Positions 17,557-27,530 of a stretch of 64,000 nt of DNA are shown here, in pieces. Below the pieces are notes generated by a model. The model was not told where the DNA came from, did no database searches, and worked only from the letters and a program-made list of their open reading frames with translations. The translations under genes were made by a program, and so were the position numbers. The stretch comes from an uncultured Clostridia bacterium (lineage in GTDB: Bacteria > Bacillota > Clostridia > Christensenellales > UBA1242). Numbering within the stretch: position 1 is the stretch's first letter; each line of letters begins with the position of its first letter. Location: contig CAKVHQ010000002.1 of the NCBI GenBank assembly GCA_934749845.1, positions 48,962-112,961 on the forward strand, in the 5' to 3' direction.

Positions 17557-17562
17557 TTTTTT

Positions 17563-17590
17563 AAAAGTTGGCTTGTTGTCAACTTTTTTT
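17563..17590 (+). terminator. terminator after rpmA
   Basis: AAAAGTTGGC/GTCAACTTTT stem plus T-run. Confidence 0.65.
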
Positions 17591-17731
17591 ATGCCAAAAT
17601 GAACGAGGGTTTTAACTTTAAAAAGTTTTATTAATGTAAGTTATTGTTTTATTTATTGATTACATAAGCAAGATTAACAATATCAATAAAATTTTCATTA
17701 TCGTTTTTATTAGGTAATAAAGCGTTAGTTG

Positions 17732-17760
17732 TCATATCAAAAGTTTTTGAAACATATATT
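17732..17760 (+). promoter_or_regulatory. candidate sigma-E-type mother-cell promoter
   Basis: TCATATC-14 nt-CATATATT, versus the consensus kmATATT-N14-CATACAnT. The -10 ends 6 nt before ATG 17767. Confidence 0.4.
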
Positions 17761-17766
17761 TACAAT

Positions 17767-18516
17767 ATGAAAATGTTAAAAAAAATTGGTGAAAAATTAT
17801 CGTTTTTTAAACGAATTAAAAAAAGCACTTGGATTAGTCTTGCAACAAATTTAATAATCGCAGTTTGCATTTTTAGTGTGTTTAACATGTGCTTTAATGT
17901 TGACGCAAAAGTAGTTAGTAGCACAGGCTATAGTGCCATTTATCGCGGTAACACCGAAAATAAAAACGCAAGTTTAATGATAAATGTTTATTGGGGAACG
18001 GAGTACATCGAGCCTATGCTTGAAGTTTTAAAGGAAAAGGGCGTTAAAACCACATTTTTCGTTGGCGGATACTGGGTTGCACAAAATGAAGACTTGCTTA
18101 AAAAAATAGTAAGCGAAGGTCATGAAATTGCTAATCACGGCTATTATCACAAAGACCAAGGCGAACTTGGGCTAGAAAGAAACAAAGAAGAAATTTCCTT
18201 GAACCATCAAATTGTAAAAGCAACTTGTGGAGTGGAAATGAACTTGTTTGCACCGCCAAGTGGTTCGTATAACTCTAACACTTTGGAAGCTGCCGAAAAA
18301 ATGAATTACAAAACAATTATGTGGAGCAAAGACACTATAGATTGGAGAGATAAAAATGCCGGTTTAATTTACACTCGTGCCACAAAAAACATGCAAAATG
18401 GCGACTTAATTTTAATGCACCCAACAAAATGCACCTACGAAGCACTTGGCAAAATTATTGATGCATATCAAAATGCCGGATTTAAATTAACAACCGTCAC
18501 CGAAACAATAAGTTAA
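17767..18516 (+). CDS. polysaccharide deacetylase (NodB domain), PdaB-like sporulation protein
   Basis: N-terminal TM, then ...TFFVGGYW...EIANHGYYH... NodB-type motifs. No Shine-Dalgarno. Confidence 0.75.
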   Translation: MKMLKKIGEKLSFFKRIKKSTWISLATNLIIAVCIFSVFNMCFNVDAKVVSSTGYSAIYRGNTENKNASLMINVYWGTEYIEPMLEVLKEKGVKTTFFVGGYWVAQNEDLLKKIVSEGHEIANHGYYHKDQGELGLERNKEEISLNHQIVKATCGVEMNLFAPPSGSYNSNTLEAAEKMNYKTIMWSKDTIDWRDKNAGLIYTRATKNMQNGDLILMHPTKCTYEALGKIIDAYQNAGFKLTTVTETIS

Positions 18517-18577
18517 CATAAAATGTTTTAGTTCTAAAAATATCTTTAAAGTATTTCGCTTTTTAGATATTTTTTTA

Positions 18578-18583
18578 TATAAT
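18578..18583 (+). promoter_or_regulatory. -10 hexamer TATAAT placed 6 nt before the start codon (leaderless candidate)
   Basis: TATAAT-ACACTT-ATG(18590), with no Shine-Dalgarno. Confidence 0.4.
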
Positions 18584-18589
18584 ACACTT

Positions 18590-19957
18590 ATGCAAAAAAA
18601 TGATGAATTTGAGGTTACTATACAAAATTTAGGAGCAAACGGAGAAGGTGTTGCCATAATAAATGGCTATCCTGTTTTTATCCCTAATGCTTTGCCAAAC
18701 GAAATTGTAAAAGTTAAAATTTTAAAAGCACTAAAAAATTTTGCCTATGCAAAAGTAATTGATTATATAAAAACTTCTAGCGATAGGGTAGAGCCAAAAT
18801 GCCCTGTTTTTAACAAGTGCGGTGGTTGTCAACTCCAACACTTGTCCATTCAAAAACAACTTGAATTCAAGCAAAACTTGGTAAAAACAAACTTTAAAAA
18901 ATTTGCTAATTTAGATGTGAATGTTGACGCTTGCTGTGCAAGTGAAAATTGCTATAATTACAGAAACAAGTTGCAAATTCCAATAGGTGTAGTAAAGCAA
19001 AAAATTGGCGACCAAATAGTTAGCCAAAATGTTGCCGGCTTCTATGCAATTTCTTCCAACCGAATTGTGCCAACAAGCAGTTGTGCTTTGCACGGAGAAT
19101 GGGCAAGTAAAATAATTTGCATAGCACTAAAATACCTTGAAATTTCGGGCGATACAGCATTCGACAGTACTATGCAAACTGGGAATTTAAAGCATGCTGT
19201 TGCAAGGCTTCTAAACAACAATTTAATGCTTTGCATGGTAACAAGAACAGGCAAACTAAAAAACGAAAAATTGCTTGTTGATTTAGTTAAAAAAGAATTT
19301 GAAAATTGCTCAATTTTTATAAACAAAAACAGCAAAAACACTAATGTTATTTTAGGCGATAAATTTAAACTGATTTATGGAAATGCAACTCAAAAACTTT
19401 CAACCTTTAACATAAATTATGAAATAAGTCCACAATCGTTTTTGCAAGTTAATTTAGACATTCAAAACAAAATTTATTCGAGCGTTTTAGATAATATCGA
19501 CAACAATCAAGTGGTTGTAAATGCATATAGCGGTGCAGGGCTTCTTTCAGCAATAATTTGCCAAAAGGCAAAACATGTGTATGGCATAGAAATTGTGTCA
19601 CAAGCAACCGAAAATGCAGACAAACTAAAAAAAGAAAATAATATTTCTAATTTAACAAACATAACAGGCGATTGCTGTGTTGAACTCCCAAAACTCATCA
19701 ATAAAATCAAGTGTGACAATTTAACAGTTGTTTTAGACCCACCACGAAAGGGTTGTGACCAAAATGTGCTATCGAGCATTTTGTCCGTGTTGCCAAAAAA
19801 AATATTTTATGTGTCTTGCAACAGTGCCACATTGGCTAGGGATATAAAATACTTAATGCAAACAAACAAATATGATATCGCGTTTGTAAAGCCATTCGAC
19901 ATGTTTCCTCAAACATGCCATGTTGAAACATTTGCTTGTTTAAAATTAAAAGATTAA
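18590..19957 (+). CDS. 23S rRNA (uracil-C5)-methyltransferase, RumA/RlmD family
   Basis: N-terminal TRAM domain, 4Fe-4S Cys cluster CPVFNKCGGCQLQH, SAM-MTase C-terminus with DPPRKG and SCN. Confidence 0.88.
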   Translation: MQKNDEFEVTIQNLGANGEGVAIINGYPVFIPNALPNEIVKVKILKALKNFAYAKVIDYIKTSSDRVEPKCPVFNKCGGCQLQHLSIQKQLEFKQNLVKTNFKKFANLDVNVDACCASENCYNYRNKLQIPIGVVKQKIGDQIVSQNVAGFYAISSNRIVPTSSCALHGEWASKIICIALKYLEISGDTAFDSTMQTGNLKHAVARLLNNNLMLCMVTRTGKLKNEKLLVDLVKKEFENCSIFINKNSKNTNVILGDKFKLIYGNATQKLSTFNINYEISPQSFLQVNLDIQNKIYSSVLDNIDNNQVVVNAYSGAGLLSAIICQKAKHVYGIEIVSQATENADKLKKENNISNLTNITGDCCVELPKLINKIKCDNLTVVLDPPRKGCDQNVLSSILSVLPKKIFYVSCNSATLARDIKYLMQTNKYDIAFVKPFDMFPQTCHVETFACLKLKD

Positions 19958-20014
19958 AATAAGATTGCAAGTTTTATAGCAAAATAATTGTCAATAATAG
20001 ATAAGGAGATTTTT

Positions 20015-21307
20015 ATGAAAACAGAGATTAAAAGATATAAAAACGGAATAACACTTGCTGTAACCAACATGGAAGGTTACGAAAGTGTTGCATTTAACAT
20101 TTTTGTTAACACAGGAAGCGTTAACGAAACCGAAGGATACTACGGAATTTCACACTATATTGAACATATGCTTTTTAAAGGAACAGAAAAGAGAAGTGCC
20201 TATCAAATTGCAAAAGAACTTGATAGTTTAGGTGCAAATGTAAACGCATTTACCGACTGTGAAGAAACAACATATTTCACAAAGTCCACAAACGAAAACT
20301 TGGAAGCATGCGTAGAGATTTTGGCTGATATGTTCTTTAACGCAACTTTTGACAAAAAGGAAATGGCTCGTGAAAAAAATGTTGTTTGCGAAGAAATTGC
20401 TATGTATAATGACGATGCTTATTCAAAAAGTGAATTATTAGTAAACTCGCTAATCTACAACGGAACTGGCTATGAAAGAGATGTTGCAGGTTCAAAACAA
20501 AGTGTTAAAGCAACAACTCAACAAAAAATTCACGACTACATGAAAAAGTTCTACACACCAAGCAACACAATAATTGCTTTTTGCGGAAACATTAAACTAA
20601 AACAAGCCGAAAAGTTAATGGAAAAATATTTCCTTTCTAAATATAACTTAACTTTGAAAGACGAAATTCCTGTTGTGGAAGTTTCAAAACCAAAAATTCA
20701 AAAACCAAAAATCGTTGAACAATCAATTAAGCAATATAAGGATAACGAACAAGCAAACATCTGTATAACATACAGTGGAATTTCTCAATACGACAGCGAC
20801 AAATACGCTTTGAATGTTCTAAACAACGCTCTTGGAAGAGGAATGAGCAGTAAACTTTTCCAAAGAATTAGAGAAAAATTAGGTCTTGTTTATACCATAG
20901 TTAGCGAGTGCAGTTACAACGTTGCTGGCGGAGATATTACAATTCACTTTGCAACCTCAACAAAAAATGCACCACTTGCACTTTCAGCAATAAGGGAAGA
21001 AATGGCTTTAATTGTTAAAGAAGGGTTAACCGAAAGCGAATTTGCTGACGCAAAAAACAACTTACTTTCTTGCTTAAAACTATCATACGAAAACACAAGC
21101 AGTGTTAATGTTGGCGTATGCAAAAACATTAGAAATTACGGACGAGTTGTAACAAAAGAAGAAAATATCGAGAACACAAAAAAAGTAACATTAGACGATG
21201 TTAACAGAGTGGCAAAAAGATTGTTTGACAGCGAAAATTATTGCATTTCTTATGTTGGAAAAAACACTCGAATTGATTTGCTAAAAAATTACAGTTTAAA
21301 AGTTTAG
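20015..21307 (+). CDS. M16-family zinc peptidase (insulinase-like, YmxG/MlpA-like)
   Basis: HxxEH motif (HYIEH) and the following LFKGT. Start moved to ATG 20015 (AAGGAG Shine-Dalgarno). Confidence 0.85.
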   Translation: MKTEIKRYKNGITLAVTNMEGYESVAFNIFVNTGSVNETEGYYGISHYIEHMLFKGTEKRSAYQIAKELDSLGANVNAFTDCEETTYFTKSTNENLEACVEILADMFFNATFDKKEMAREKNVVCEEIAMYNDDAYSKSELLVNSLIYNGTGYERDVAGSKQSVKATTQQKIHDYMKKFYTPSNTIIAFCGNIKLKQAEKLMEKYFLSKYNLTLKDEIPVVEVSKPKIQKPKIVEQSIKQYKDNEQANICITYSGISQYDSDKYALNVLNNALGRGMSSKLFQRIREKLGLVYTIVSECSYNVAGGDITIHFATSTKNAPLALSAIREEMALIVKEGLTESEFADAKNNLLSCLKLSYENTSSVNVGVCKNIRNYGRVVTKEENIENTKKVTLDDVNRVAKRLFDSENYCISYVGKNTRIDLLKNYSLKV

Positions 21308-21315
21308 TCAAAGCG

Positions 21316-21344
21316 TTTGCATAGCACAATTTTTGTGCTATAAT
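21316..21344 (+). promoter_or_regulatory. copy of the TTTGCATAGCAC 12-mer forming a hairpin that overlaps the extended -10 (TGCTATAAT) of ftsK
   Basis: TTTGCATAGCAC-AATTTTT-GTGCTATAAT. ATAGCAC/GTGCTAT is a 7-bp inverted repeat. TATAAT is at 21339-21344. Confidence 0.5.
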
Positions 21345-21375
21345 TACTCTGTAATTAAATTCAGGAGTAATCAAA

Positions 21376-24354
21376 GTGCCAATCGTAACTAATTTTGAAA
21401 AGAATTTTGACAAGAAGAAAAAAATGCCCACTTCAAAAGTAGTGGGTTTAATATTGCTTATAGTTGCAACAATCGGCTATTTGGGTCTATTTATAAAATG
21501 GATCCCTTTTTTGCATAATTTTTTAGTTGGCACATTTGGGCTGTTTTCCTATGTGTTGTTTCTTTTAATGTACTTAATTGGCGGTGCATTATTTAAAGGT
21601 GCAAAGTATGTTTACTCAAAAAAATATTTGTTTTATTTAAGCATGGCTCTAATTTGCGTTTTAGCAGTGTTTCATATTGCTTTCACATACTCAATGCCAC
21701 TAACCACTTATGGAAAATATCTTTCTGCAATTTATAGCGAAACATTAAGTGTTGGCGGAGTTTTGTTAGGGCTAATAATTTATCCACTTCAAAAATATCT
21801 TTATCCAATAGGTGCAATTTTCTTGTTCCTAATTGTTTTAGCATTTAACATTTGGCTGATATACGACTATTTAACAAGAGTTAGATACCTCAAACAAACC
21901 GACACTAAAATTTTCAATAAAAAAATTAAAAAGACATTTGAAACTCCTCAAAAAAATGTCAATGTTTCATTTGAACTCGGTCAAAAAAACAACACAAAAA
22001 TTGGTCTTGATGCACAAATTGAACAAGACCAAAAGTCTAGGGAAGATGCTTTAAAAAAACTAGGTCTAGACAAAACATTACGCAACGAGCATTTTGTTGA
22101 TAATAGGCAATTAACTTCATTTGCCAACGACTTTATGAACAAAAAAAGCGGTTCTCAAATTTTTGACCAACAACAAAACAATTACGAATCAACAAGCAAA
22201 AGTAAAAGTTCTTTAACACCACCAACCGATTATAGAGGTACATTTGGCTATAACTTGGTGGACAACAATAGTTCTAAAACAAAAAAATCTATGTCTAATT
22301 ACGATAAAAACTTGGAATTTTTGCAAGCAACATTAAGCGTACCTAATCCTAAAAACTCAAACGAAGCAGGGCAGTCGCAAGGTAAGCACAGCGATGCTTC
22401 AATGGCGGACTTTTTGGACGCAAACTTTGGTGATTATCGCACAGCAGAGCAAACATTCGCCAACAAAAAATTAGCCCAAGAAAGTTATTCAAGCAACGAT
22501 TATTCAAGCGACTATAACACAGTAAGTTCAAACCAAGAAACACCAAGCGAACCATTTATAAGCCCTGTTGACGAAACAGAAAATGATTCATTTGAAAAAC
22601 CTTTTGAAACCATTAAAGATGACTCGTTAAAAAATACGGATAATGTTCAAGAAACAACTAATTCGTTTGAAAACAAGATTGAACAAAGCGTTGACCAACT
22701 TAAAACCAACACAGAAGATAAAATTGACCTTAAAAACTTTGAACTTCCAGACTCGCTTAAACTTCCAAAAGACTCTTCGCGAAGAAGGGGACTAAAATTA
22801 AACGAAAACCAAAATTCGCTTTTTGATGTTAAGCAAGACGAACAAGCAAAAGAAGTTAAAAAGCCACATTTCTTTAAAAGATATGTTCCACCAACAGTCG
22901 ATTTATTATCTAGCGTGGCAGTGGATACAGCCAAAATAACAGAAGATGTTGAAGCAAACGCAAGAGCCATCGAAACCACTTTGGAAAACTTTGGAATTGC
23001 CGCAAAAGTTACAAACACAACAATAGGACCTGCTGTTACTAGATATGAACTTAACATGCCAGCAGGTATTAGCGTTAACATGGTAACAAAATATTCAAAC
23101 GACATTTCTGCCGCTGTTGCTTCAAGTCGTGGCGTTAGAATTCAAGCACCAATTCCGGGCAAAAGTGCGGTTGGTGTTGAAGTTCCAAACCGAAAAGTTA
23201 GCATGGTTGGAATAAGAGAAGTTGTTGAAAGCAGAGAATTTTTAGTAAATAAAAATGTGCTTTCTTATGCCGTAGGTAAAGAAGTTAGCGGAAAATGTGT
23301 TGTTGCAGATATGCACGAAATGCCACATATGTTGGTTGCTGGTTCAACTGGTTCAGGAAAGAGTGTTGCTTTAAATACACTTATTGTAAGTTTAATCTAC
23401 AAGTATGGTCCAGAAGATTTAAGATTTATCCTTGTTGACCCAAAACAAGTTGAGTTCTATTCATACAACGGGCTTCCACATATGTTGCTTCCAGAAGCTA
23501 TTATCGACCCTGCAAAATCATTAAATGCTCTTGATTGGGCGATTGCCGAGATGGAACGAAGATACGCACTTTTAAGAGAGTCTGGCGTGCGTGAAATTAT
23601 TGAATACAACAATTTGCCAGAAGTAAAAAACAAGTCAAAAGAAAAATTGGCTCATATTGTCATCATTATTGACGAAGTTGGCGACATTATGAGTTTGAAC
23701 AACATAAAGAAAGACTTTGAAGAAAAGGTTAGAAGATTAACCCAAAAGGCAAGAGCCGTTGGAATTAACTTGATACTTGCCACTCAAAGACCATCTGTTG
23801 ATGTTATTACTGGTGTTATTAAAGCAAACTTGCCATCAAGAATGGCGTTTGCAGTTTTGAATTATCAAGACAGTAAAACCATTTTGGACACTGGTGGTGC
23901 TGAAAAATTGCTTGGAAAAGGCGATATGTTATTTTCGCCAAGAGGAATTGAACCATTCCGTGTTCAAGGATGCTACATTTCAACACAAGAAATTAACAAT
24001 GTTTGTGCTTTTGTTAAAGAGCATAACGAAAGTTACTTTGATGAAGAAATTGACAAGGCAATAAATAAAGAGGACGAGCCAGAAATGTCTAGCGACATTG
24101 AACCTAGTGATGAAGGCGGAACTCATTTCGACCCACTTATGCCAGAATGTTTAAAACTAGTAATTAAAAATGGTTATGCTTCTGTTTCTATGTTGCAACG
24201 AAGGTTCAGCATAGGCAACCCAAAAGCAGGAAAAATTATAGACCAAATGGAACAAGCAAAATTTATTGGTCCAAGTAATGGTTCAAAGCCAAGAACGGTT
24301 TATATTACCGCCGAACAATTTAAAGAAATATTTGGAGAAGGAATTGACGATTAG
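21376..24354 (+). CDS. ftsK: DNA translocase FtsK/SpoIIIE
   Basis: N-terminal TM helices, long low-complexity linker, motor domain with Walker A GSTGSGKS, C-terminal gamma (winged-helix) domain. GTG start with AGGAG Shine-Dalgarno. Confidence 0.93.
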   Translation: MPIVTNFEKNFDKKKKMPTSKVVGLILLIVATIGYLGLFIKWIPFLHNFLVGTFGLFSYVLFLLMYLIGGALFKGAKYVYSKKYLFYLSMALICVLAVFHIAFTYSMPLTTYGKYLSAIYSETLSVGGVLLGLIIYPLQKYLYPIGAIFLFLIVLAFNIWLIYDYLTRVRYLKQTDTKIFNKKIKKTFETPQKNVNVSFELGQKNNTKIGLDAQIEQDQKSREDALKKLGLDKTLRNEHFVDNRQLTSFANDFMNKKSGSQIFDQQQNNYESTSKSKSSLTPPTDYRGTFGYNLVDNNSSKTKKSMSNYDKNLEFLQATLSVPNPKNSNEAGQSQGKHSDASMADFLDANFGDYRTAEQTFANKKLAQESYSSNDYSSDYNTVSSNQETPSEPFISPVDETENDSFEKPFETIKDDSLKNTDNVQETTNSFENKIEQSVDQLKTNTEDKIDLKNFELPDSLKLPKDSSRRRGLKLNENQNSLFDVKQDEQAKEVKKPHFFKRYVPPTVDLLSSVAVDTAKITEDVEANARAIETTLENFGIAAKVTNTTIGPAVTRYELNMPAGISVNMVTKYSNDISAAVASSRGVRIQAPIPGKSAVGVEVPNRKVSMVGIREVVESREFLVNKNVLSYAVGKEVSGKCVVADMHEMPHMLVAGSTGSGKSVALNTLIVSLIYKYGPEDLRFILVDPKQVEFYSYNGLPHMLLPEAIIDPAKSLNALDWAIAEMERRYALLRESGVREIIEYNNLPEVKNKSKEKLAHIVIIIDEVGDIMSLNNIKKDFEEKVRRLTQKARAVGINLILATQRPSVDVITGVIKANLPSRMAFAVLNYQDSKTILDTGGAEKLLGKGDMLFSPRGIEPFRVQGCYISTQEINNVCAFVKEHNESYFDEEIDKAINKEDEPEMSSDIEPSDEGGTHFDPLMPECLKLVIKNGYASVSMLQRRFSIGNPKAGKIIDQMEQAKFIGPSNGSKPRTVYITAEQFKEIFGEGIDD

Positions 24355-24357
24355 TTT

Positions 24358-25731
24358 ATGACAAAAGAAGAATTATTAAGTAAAAAAATTGCTTTCATTT
24401 CGCTTGGGTGCGACAAAAACACCGTTGACGCAGAAAGAATGATGTATTTGCTAAAACAATTTGGTTTTAGTTTTACAAATAACCTTAACGAAGCACAAAT
24501 TGCGATAATAAATACATGTGCGTTTATTTTGCCAAGCAAAACCGAAAGCATTAACAAAATTTTGGAAGTTTTAGAATACAAAAATGAAAACCTAGAAAAG
24601 GTTATCGTAACAGGATGTTTGGCTCAAAGAAACTATGACGAAGTTAAAACATCAATGCCAGAAATTGATGCCATTGTTAGAATTAAAAATAACTCTAAAA
24701 TTGTTGATGTTGTGTGTGGACTTTATGGCTACTTAGAGCCAATAAAACTAAAACTTAAAGAGCCTGAACGCGTACTATCAACACCAAGCCACTATGCATT
24801 TTTAAAAATTGCAGATGGTTGCAACAACTTTTGTTCATACTGCACAATTCCTTTTATTCGTGGCAGGTTTAAGTCAGAGCCTTTTGAATGCTTAATAAGT
24901 GAAGCAAAAGCGCTTGCAAGCGAAGGTGTTAGAGAACTAATACTAGTTGCTCAAGATGTTACAAAATACGGTGAGGACTTGTATGGCGAGCCAAAATTGG
25001 TTGAACTTATCCAAGAACTTTCCAAAATAAAAAATATTAAGTGGATAAGGCTACACTATTGCTATCCTAACATGATAACCGACAAACTTTTAAACGAAAT
25101 AAATAACAATCCAAAAGTTTGCAAATATCTTGATATTCCACTTCAACATATATCAACCAAAATTTTGCAAAACATGAACCGTAAGGAAACAAAGGAAGAC
25201 ATCGAAGCGCTTCTTGATAAAATTAGAAGTTTGTCTAATTATATTGCAATCAGGTCAACATTCATCGTAGGTTTTCCGGGAGAAACAAAGGCTCAAGTTA
25301 ACGAACTAATTGAGTTTTTAAACAAATACAAGTTAGACAATGTTGGCTTCTTTACATATTCTAGAGAAAGCAACACAAAAGCCGGCAAAATGCATAATCA
25401 AATTTTTGAGTTTGTAAAAAGACATAGATTAAGAAAGGTGGAAGCGGTTCAACAAAAAATTATGCTTGAAAAACAAGCCGAACTTGTTGGCAAAACATTC
25501 GATGCAATTTGCGATTCTTGTGACGAAAAGCCACAATACCAACAATTTGCCACTAACAATAAAAGCGGAAGGTACATTTTTAATTATGTGTTTAGAACGC
25601 AATATCAAAGTGTTGGCGTGGATACAATCGTTTTTGTAAGAAGTGAAAAGTTGCTCAACAAGGGCGAAATTTATAAAGTAAAAATAACAGGATTGCTCGA
25701 CATAGATTTGGTGGGCGAAATAGTTCAGTAA
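24358..25731 (+). CDS. rimO: ribosomal protein S12 methylthiotransferase RimO (radical SAM MTTase)
   Basis: N-terminal UPF0004 Cys triad, CNNFCSYC radical-SAM motif, TRAM C-terminus. The ftsK-rimO-pgsA-recA order is common in Clostridia. Confidence 0.8.
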   Translation: MTKEELLSKKIAFISLGCDKNTVDAERMMYLLKQFGFSFTNNLNEAQIAIINTCAFILPSKTESINKILEVLEYKNENLEKVIVTGCLAQRNYDEVKTSMPEIDAIVRIKNNSKIVDVVCGLYGYLEPIKLKLKEPERVLSTPSHYAFLKIADGCNNFCSYCTIPFIRGRFKSEPFECLISEAKALASEGVRELILVAQDVTKYGEDLYGEPKLVELIQELSKIKNIKWIRLHYCYPNMITDKLLNEINNNPKVCKYLDIPLQHISTKILQNMNRKETKEDIEALLDKIRSLSNYIAIRSTFIVGFPGETKAQVNELIEFLNKYKLDNVGFFTYSRESNTKAGKMHNQIFEFVKRHRLRKVEAVQQKIMLEKQAELVGKTFDAICDSCDEKPQYQQFATNNKSGRYIFNYVFRTQYQSVGVDTIVFVRSEKLLNKGEIYKVKITGLLDIDLVGEIVQ

Positions 25732-25742
25732 GGAGATTAAAA

Positions 25743-26339
25743 ATGAACACACCTAATAAATTATCATTACTTAGAATAATACTTGTTCCAGTTATGCTAG
25801 TTTGCTTTTTGGTAAACTTTCCTTATCACATGTTTGTGACTTTGGGAGTGTTTATCGTTGCAAGCGTTACGGACTTTTTAGATGGTTACATTGCAAGAAA
25901 ATATAACATGGTAACTGAAATTGGTATCTTTTTAGATTCTATTGCAGATAAAATCTTAACAACCACAGCGTTAATGCTTATTGCTGTGTTTAACTTGATA
26001 CCTCAACCATACGGAGTTTTATGCTTATTCTTGTTTGTTTCAAGAGATTTAATCGTTAACGCATTAAGACAAATTGCAAGTGCAAGAGGAATTTTAGTTA
26101 GTGCCGACAAATTGGGCAAATATAAGGCATTTATGCTTGATATAGCAATTCCAGTAATCTTTATGTTCAAAGCATTAAGCGACATTTCAGCAGGTCAAAC
26201 TTTAGTTAATGTGTTTATGTGGATTGGCTATGGCTTTATGATTTTAGCAAGCATACTAAATGTCATTTCATGTATCAACTACTTGATAAAAAACAGACAA
26301 GTGTTAAAAGAAACACCAAAAGATAATAAAACGGAATAA
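25743..26339 (+). CDS. pgsA: CDP-diacylglycerol--glycerol-3-phosphate 3-phosphatidyltransferase
   Basis: CDP-alcohol phosphatidyltransferase motif DFLDGYIARK...G..LDSIADK. Confidence 0.9.
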   Translation: MNTPNKLSLLRIILVPVMLVCFLVNFPYHMFVTLGVFIVASVTDFLDGYIARKYNMVTEIGIFLDSIADKILTTTALMLIAVFNLIPQPYGVLCLFLFVSRDLIVNALRQIASARGILVSADKLGKYKAFMLDIAIPVIFMFKALSDISAGQTLVNVFMWIGYGFMILASILNVISCINYLIKNRQVLKETPKDNKTE

Positions 26340-26346
26340 ACATTTT

Positions 26347-26362
26347 TCAAACAAATGTTTGA
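26347..26362. promoter_or_regulatory. LexA (Cheo-type SOS) box upstream of recA
   Basis: TCAAACAAATGTTTGA palindrome 16 nt upstream of the recA -35. Shares AACAAATGTTT with the sites at 61733 and 62887. Confidence 0.7.
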
Positions 26363-26378
26363 AAAAATGCCAAAACGC

Positions 26379-26407
26379 TTGCAAAATGTGGGCAAAAAAG
26401 GTATAAT
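26379..26407 (+). promoter_or_regulatory. recA promoter
   Basis: TTGCAA-17 nt-TATAAT. Confidence 0.6.
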
Positions 26408-26435
26408 GTAATTGATTAAATTTTAGGAGTATACA

Positions 26436-27425
26436 ATGGAAAACAATAAAAAGAAAGCACTTGAAGATGCAATAGCACAAATTGAAAAACAATTTGGCAA
26501 GGGCTCAATCATGAAGATGACAGAAGGCGCAGTTGAAAAATGCGATGTTATTCCAACAGGCTGTTTGACACTTGACTATGCGTTGGGAGTTGGCGGTATG
26601 CCAAGAGGAAGAATTATCGAAATTTATGGTCCAGAAAGCAGTGGTAAAACAACAGTTGCGTTGCATGTTGTGGCAGAAGCACAAAAAATGGGCGGAACAG
26701 CCGCATTTATTGATGCCGAACACGCACTTGACCCAGTTTATGCAAGCCGTATAGGCGTTAATATGGACGAATTATACATAAGCCAACCAGACACTGGCGA
26801 ACAGGCACTTGAAATTTGTGAAAACTTGGTTAAAAGTGGAGCAATCGACATTATCGTTATTGATAGTGTTGCCGCATTAACTCCAAAGGCAGAAATTGAT
26901 GGTGAAATGGGCGATAGTTTCATGGGTCTTCAAGCAAGACTTATGAGTCAAGCATTAAGAAAATTAACCAGCATAACCAACAAAACAAAAACATGCGTAA
27001 TATTTATTAACCAGTTAAGAGATAAAATTGGCGTTATGTTTGGTAATCCAGAAACAACAACAGGTGGTAAAGCACTTAAATTCTATTCAAGCATTCGTCT
27101 TGATGTTAGAAAAGTTGATACAATTAAGGACACTCAAAACAACATAATAGGTAACAAAACAAGAGTTAAAGTTGTTAAAAACAAACTTGCAGCACCTTTC
27201 AAAGTTGCCGACTTCGATTTAATGTATGGCACAGGTGTTTCAAAAACTGGTTGCTTGGTTGACCTTGCCGTTGAGTATGACATTATCGAAAAGAGCGGTT
27301 CATGGTTTAGTTATAATGGCGACAAGATTGGTCAGGGCAAAGAAAATGTAAAATCTAACCTTGAAAACAACCCAGAACTATATAACGAAATTGAAGCAAA
27401 AGTTAAAGAAAAAATGTTTGCATAA
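26436..27425 (+). CDS. recA: recombinase RecA
   Basis: GPESSGKTT Walker A and conserved L1/L2 regions. Confidence 0.98.
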   Translation: MENNKKKALEDAIAQIEKQFGKGSIMKMTEGAVEKCDVIPTGCLTLDYALGVGGMPRGRIIEIYGPESSGKTTVALHVVAEAQKMGGTAAFIDAEHALDPVYASRIGVNMDELYISQPDTGEQALEICENLVKSGAIDIIVIDSVAALTPKAEIDGEMGDSFMGLQARLMSQALRKLTSITNKTKTCVIFINQLRDKIGVMFGNPETTTGGKALKFYSSIRLDVRKVDTIKDTQNNIIGNKTRVKVVKNKLAAPFKVADFDLMYGTGVSKTGCLVDLAVEYDIIEKSGSWFSYNGDKIGQGKENVKSNLENNPELYNEIEAKVKEKMFA

Positions 27426-27458
27426 ATTAAAAAATTTAGCAAAAAAAATAAACAAAAA

Positions 27459-27486
27459 AGGGTAGTATTTAACTATCCTTTTTTTA
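27459..27486 (+). terminator. terminator after recA
   Basis: AGGGTAGT/ACTATCCT stem plus T7. Confidence 0.7.
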
Positions 27487-27530
27487 TTAAATTTCTTTAG
27501 CAAACTTTTAGCAAAATATTTTTCAAAAAA

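Noticed and set aside
19116-19127. TTTGCATAGCAC copy inside the RumA-type methyltransferase CDS as an inserted repeat element
   Set aside because: Only the bare 12-mer is present, without the flanking core or a partner copy. It is counted in the over-representation tally but not called as an element.
22647-23105. Antisense ORFs inside large genes (for example 22647-23105, 34093-34509, 52979-53293, 57658-58002, 1297-1656)
   Set aside because: They lie fully inside confidently assigned CDSs on the opposite strand, have low-complexity translations and lack a Shine-Dalgarno.
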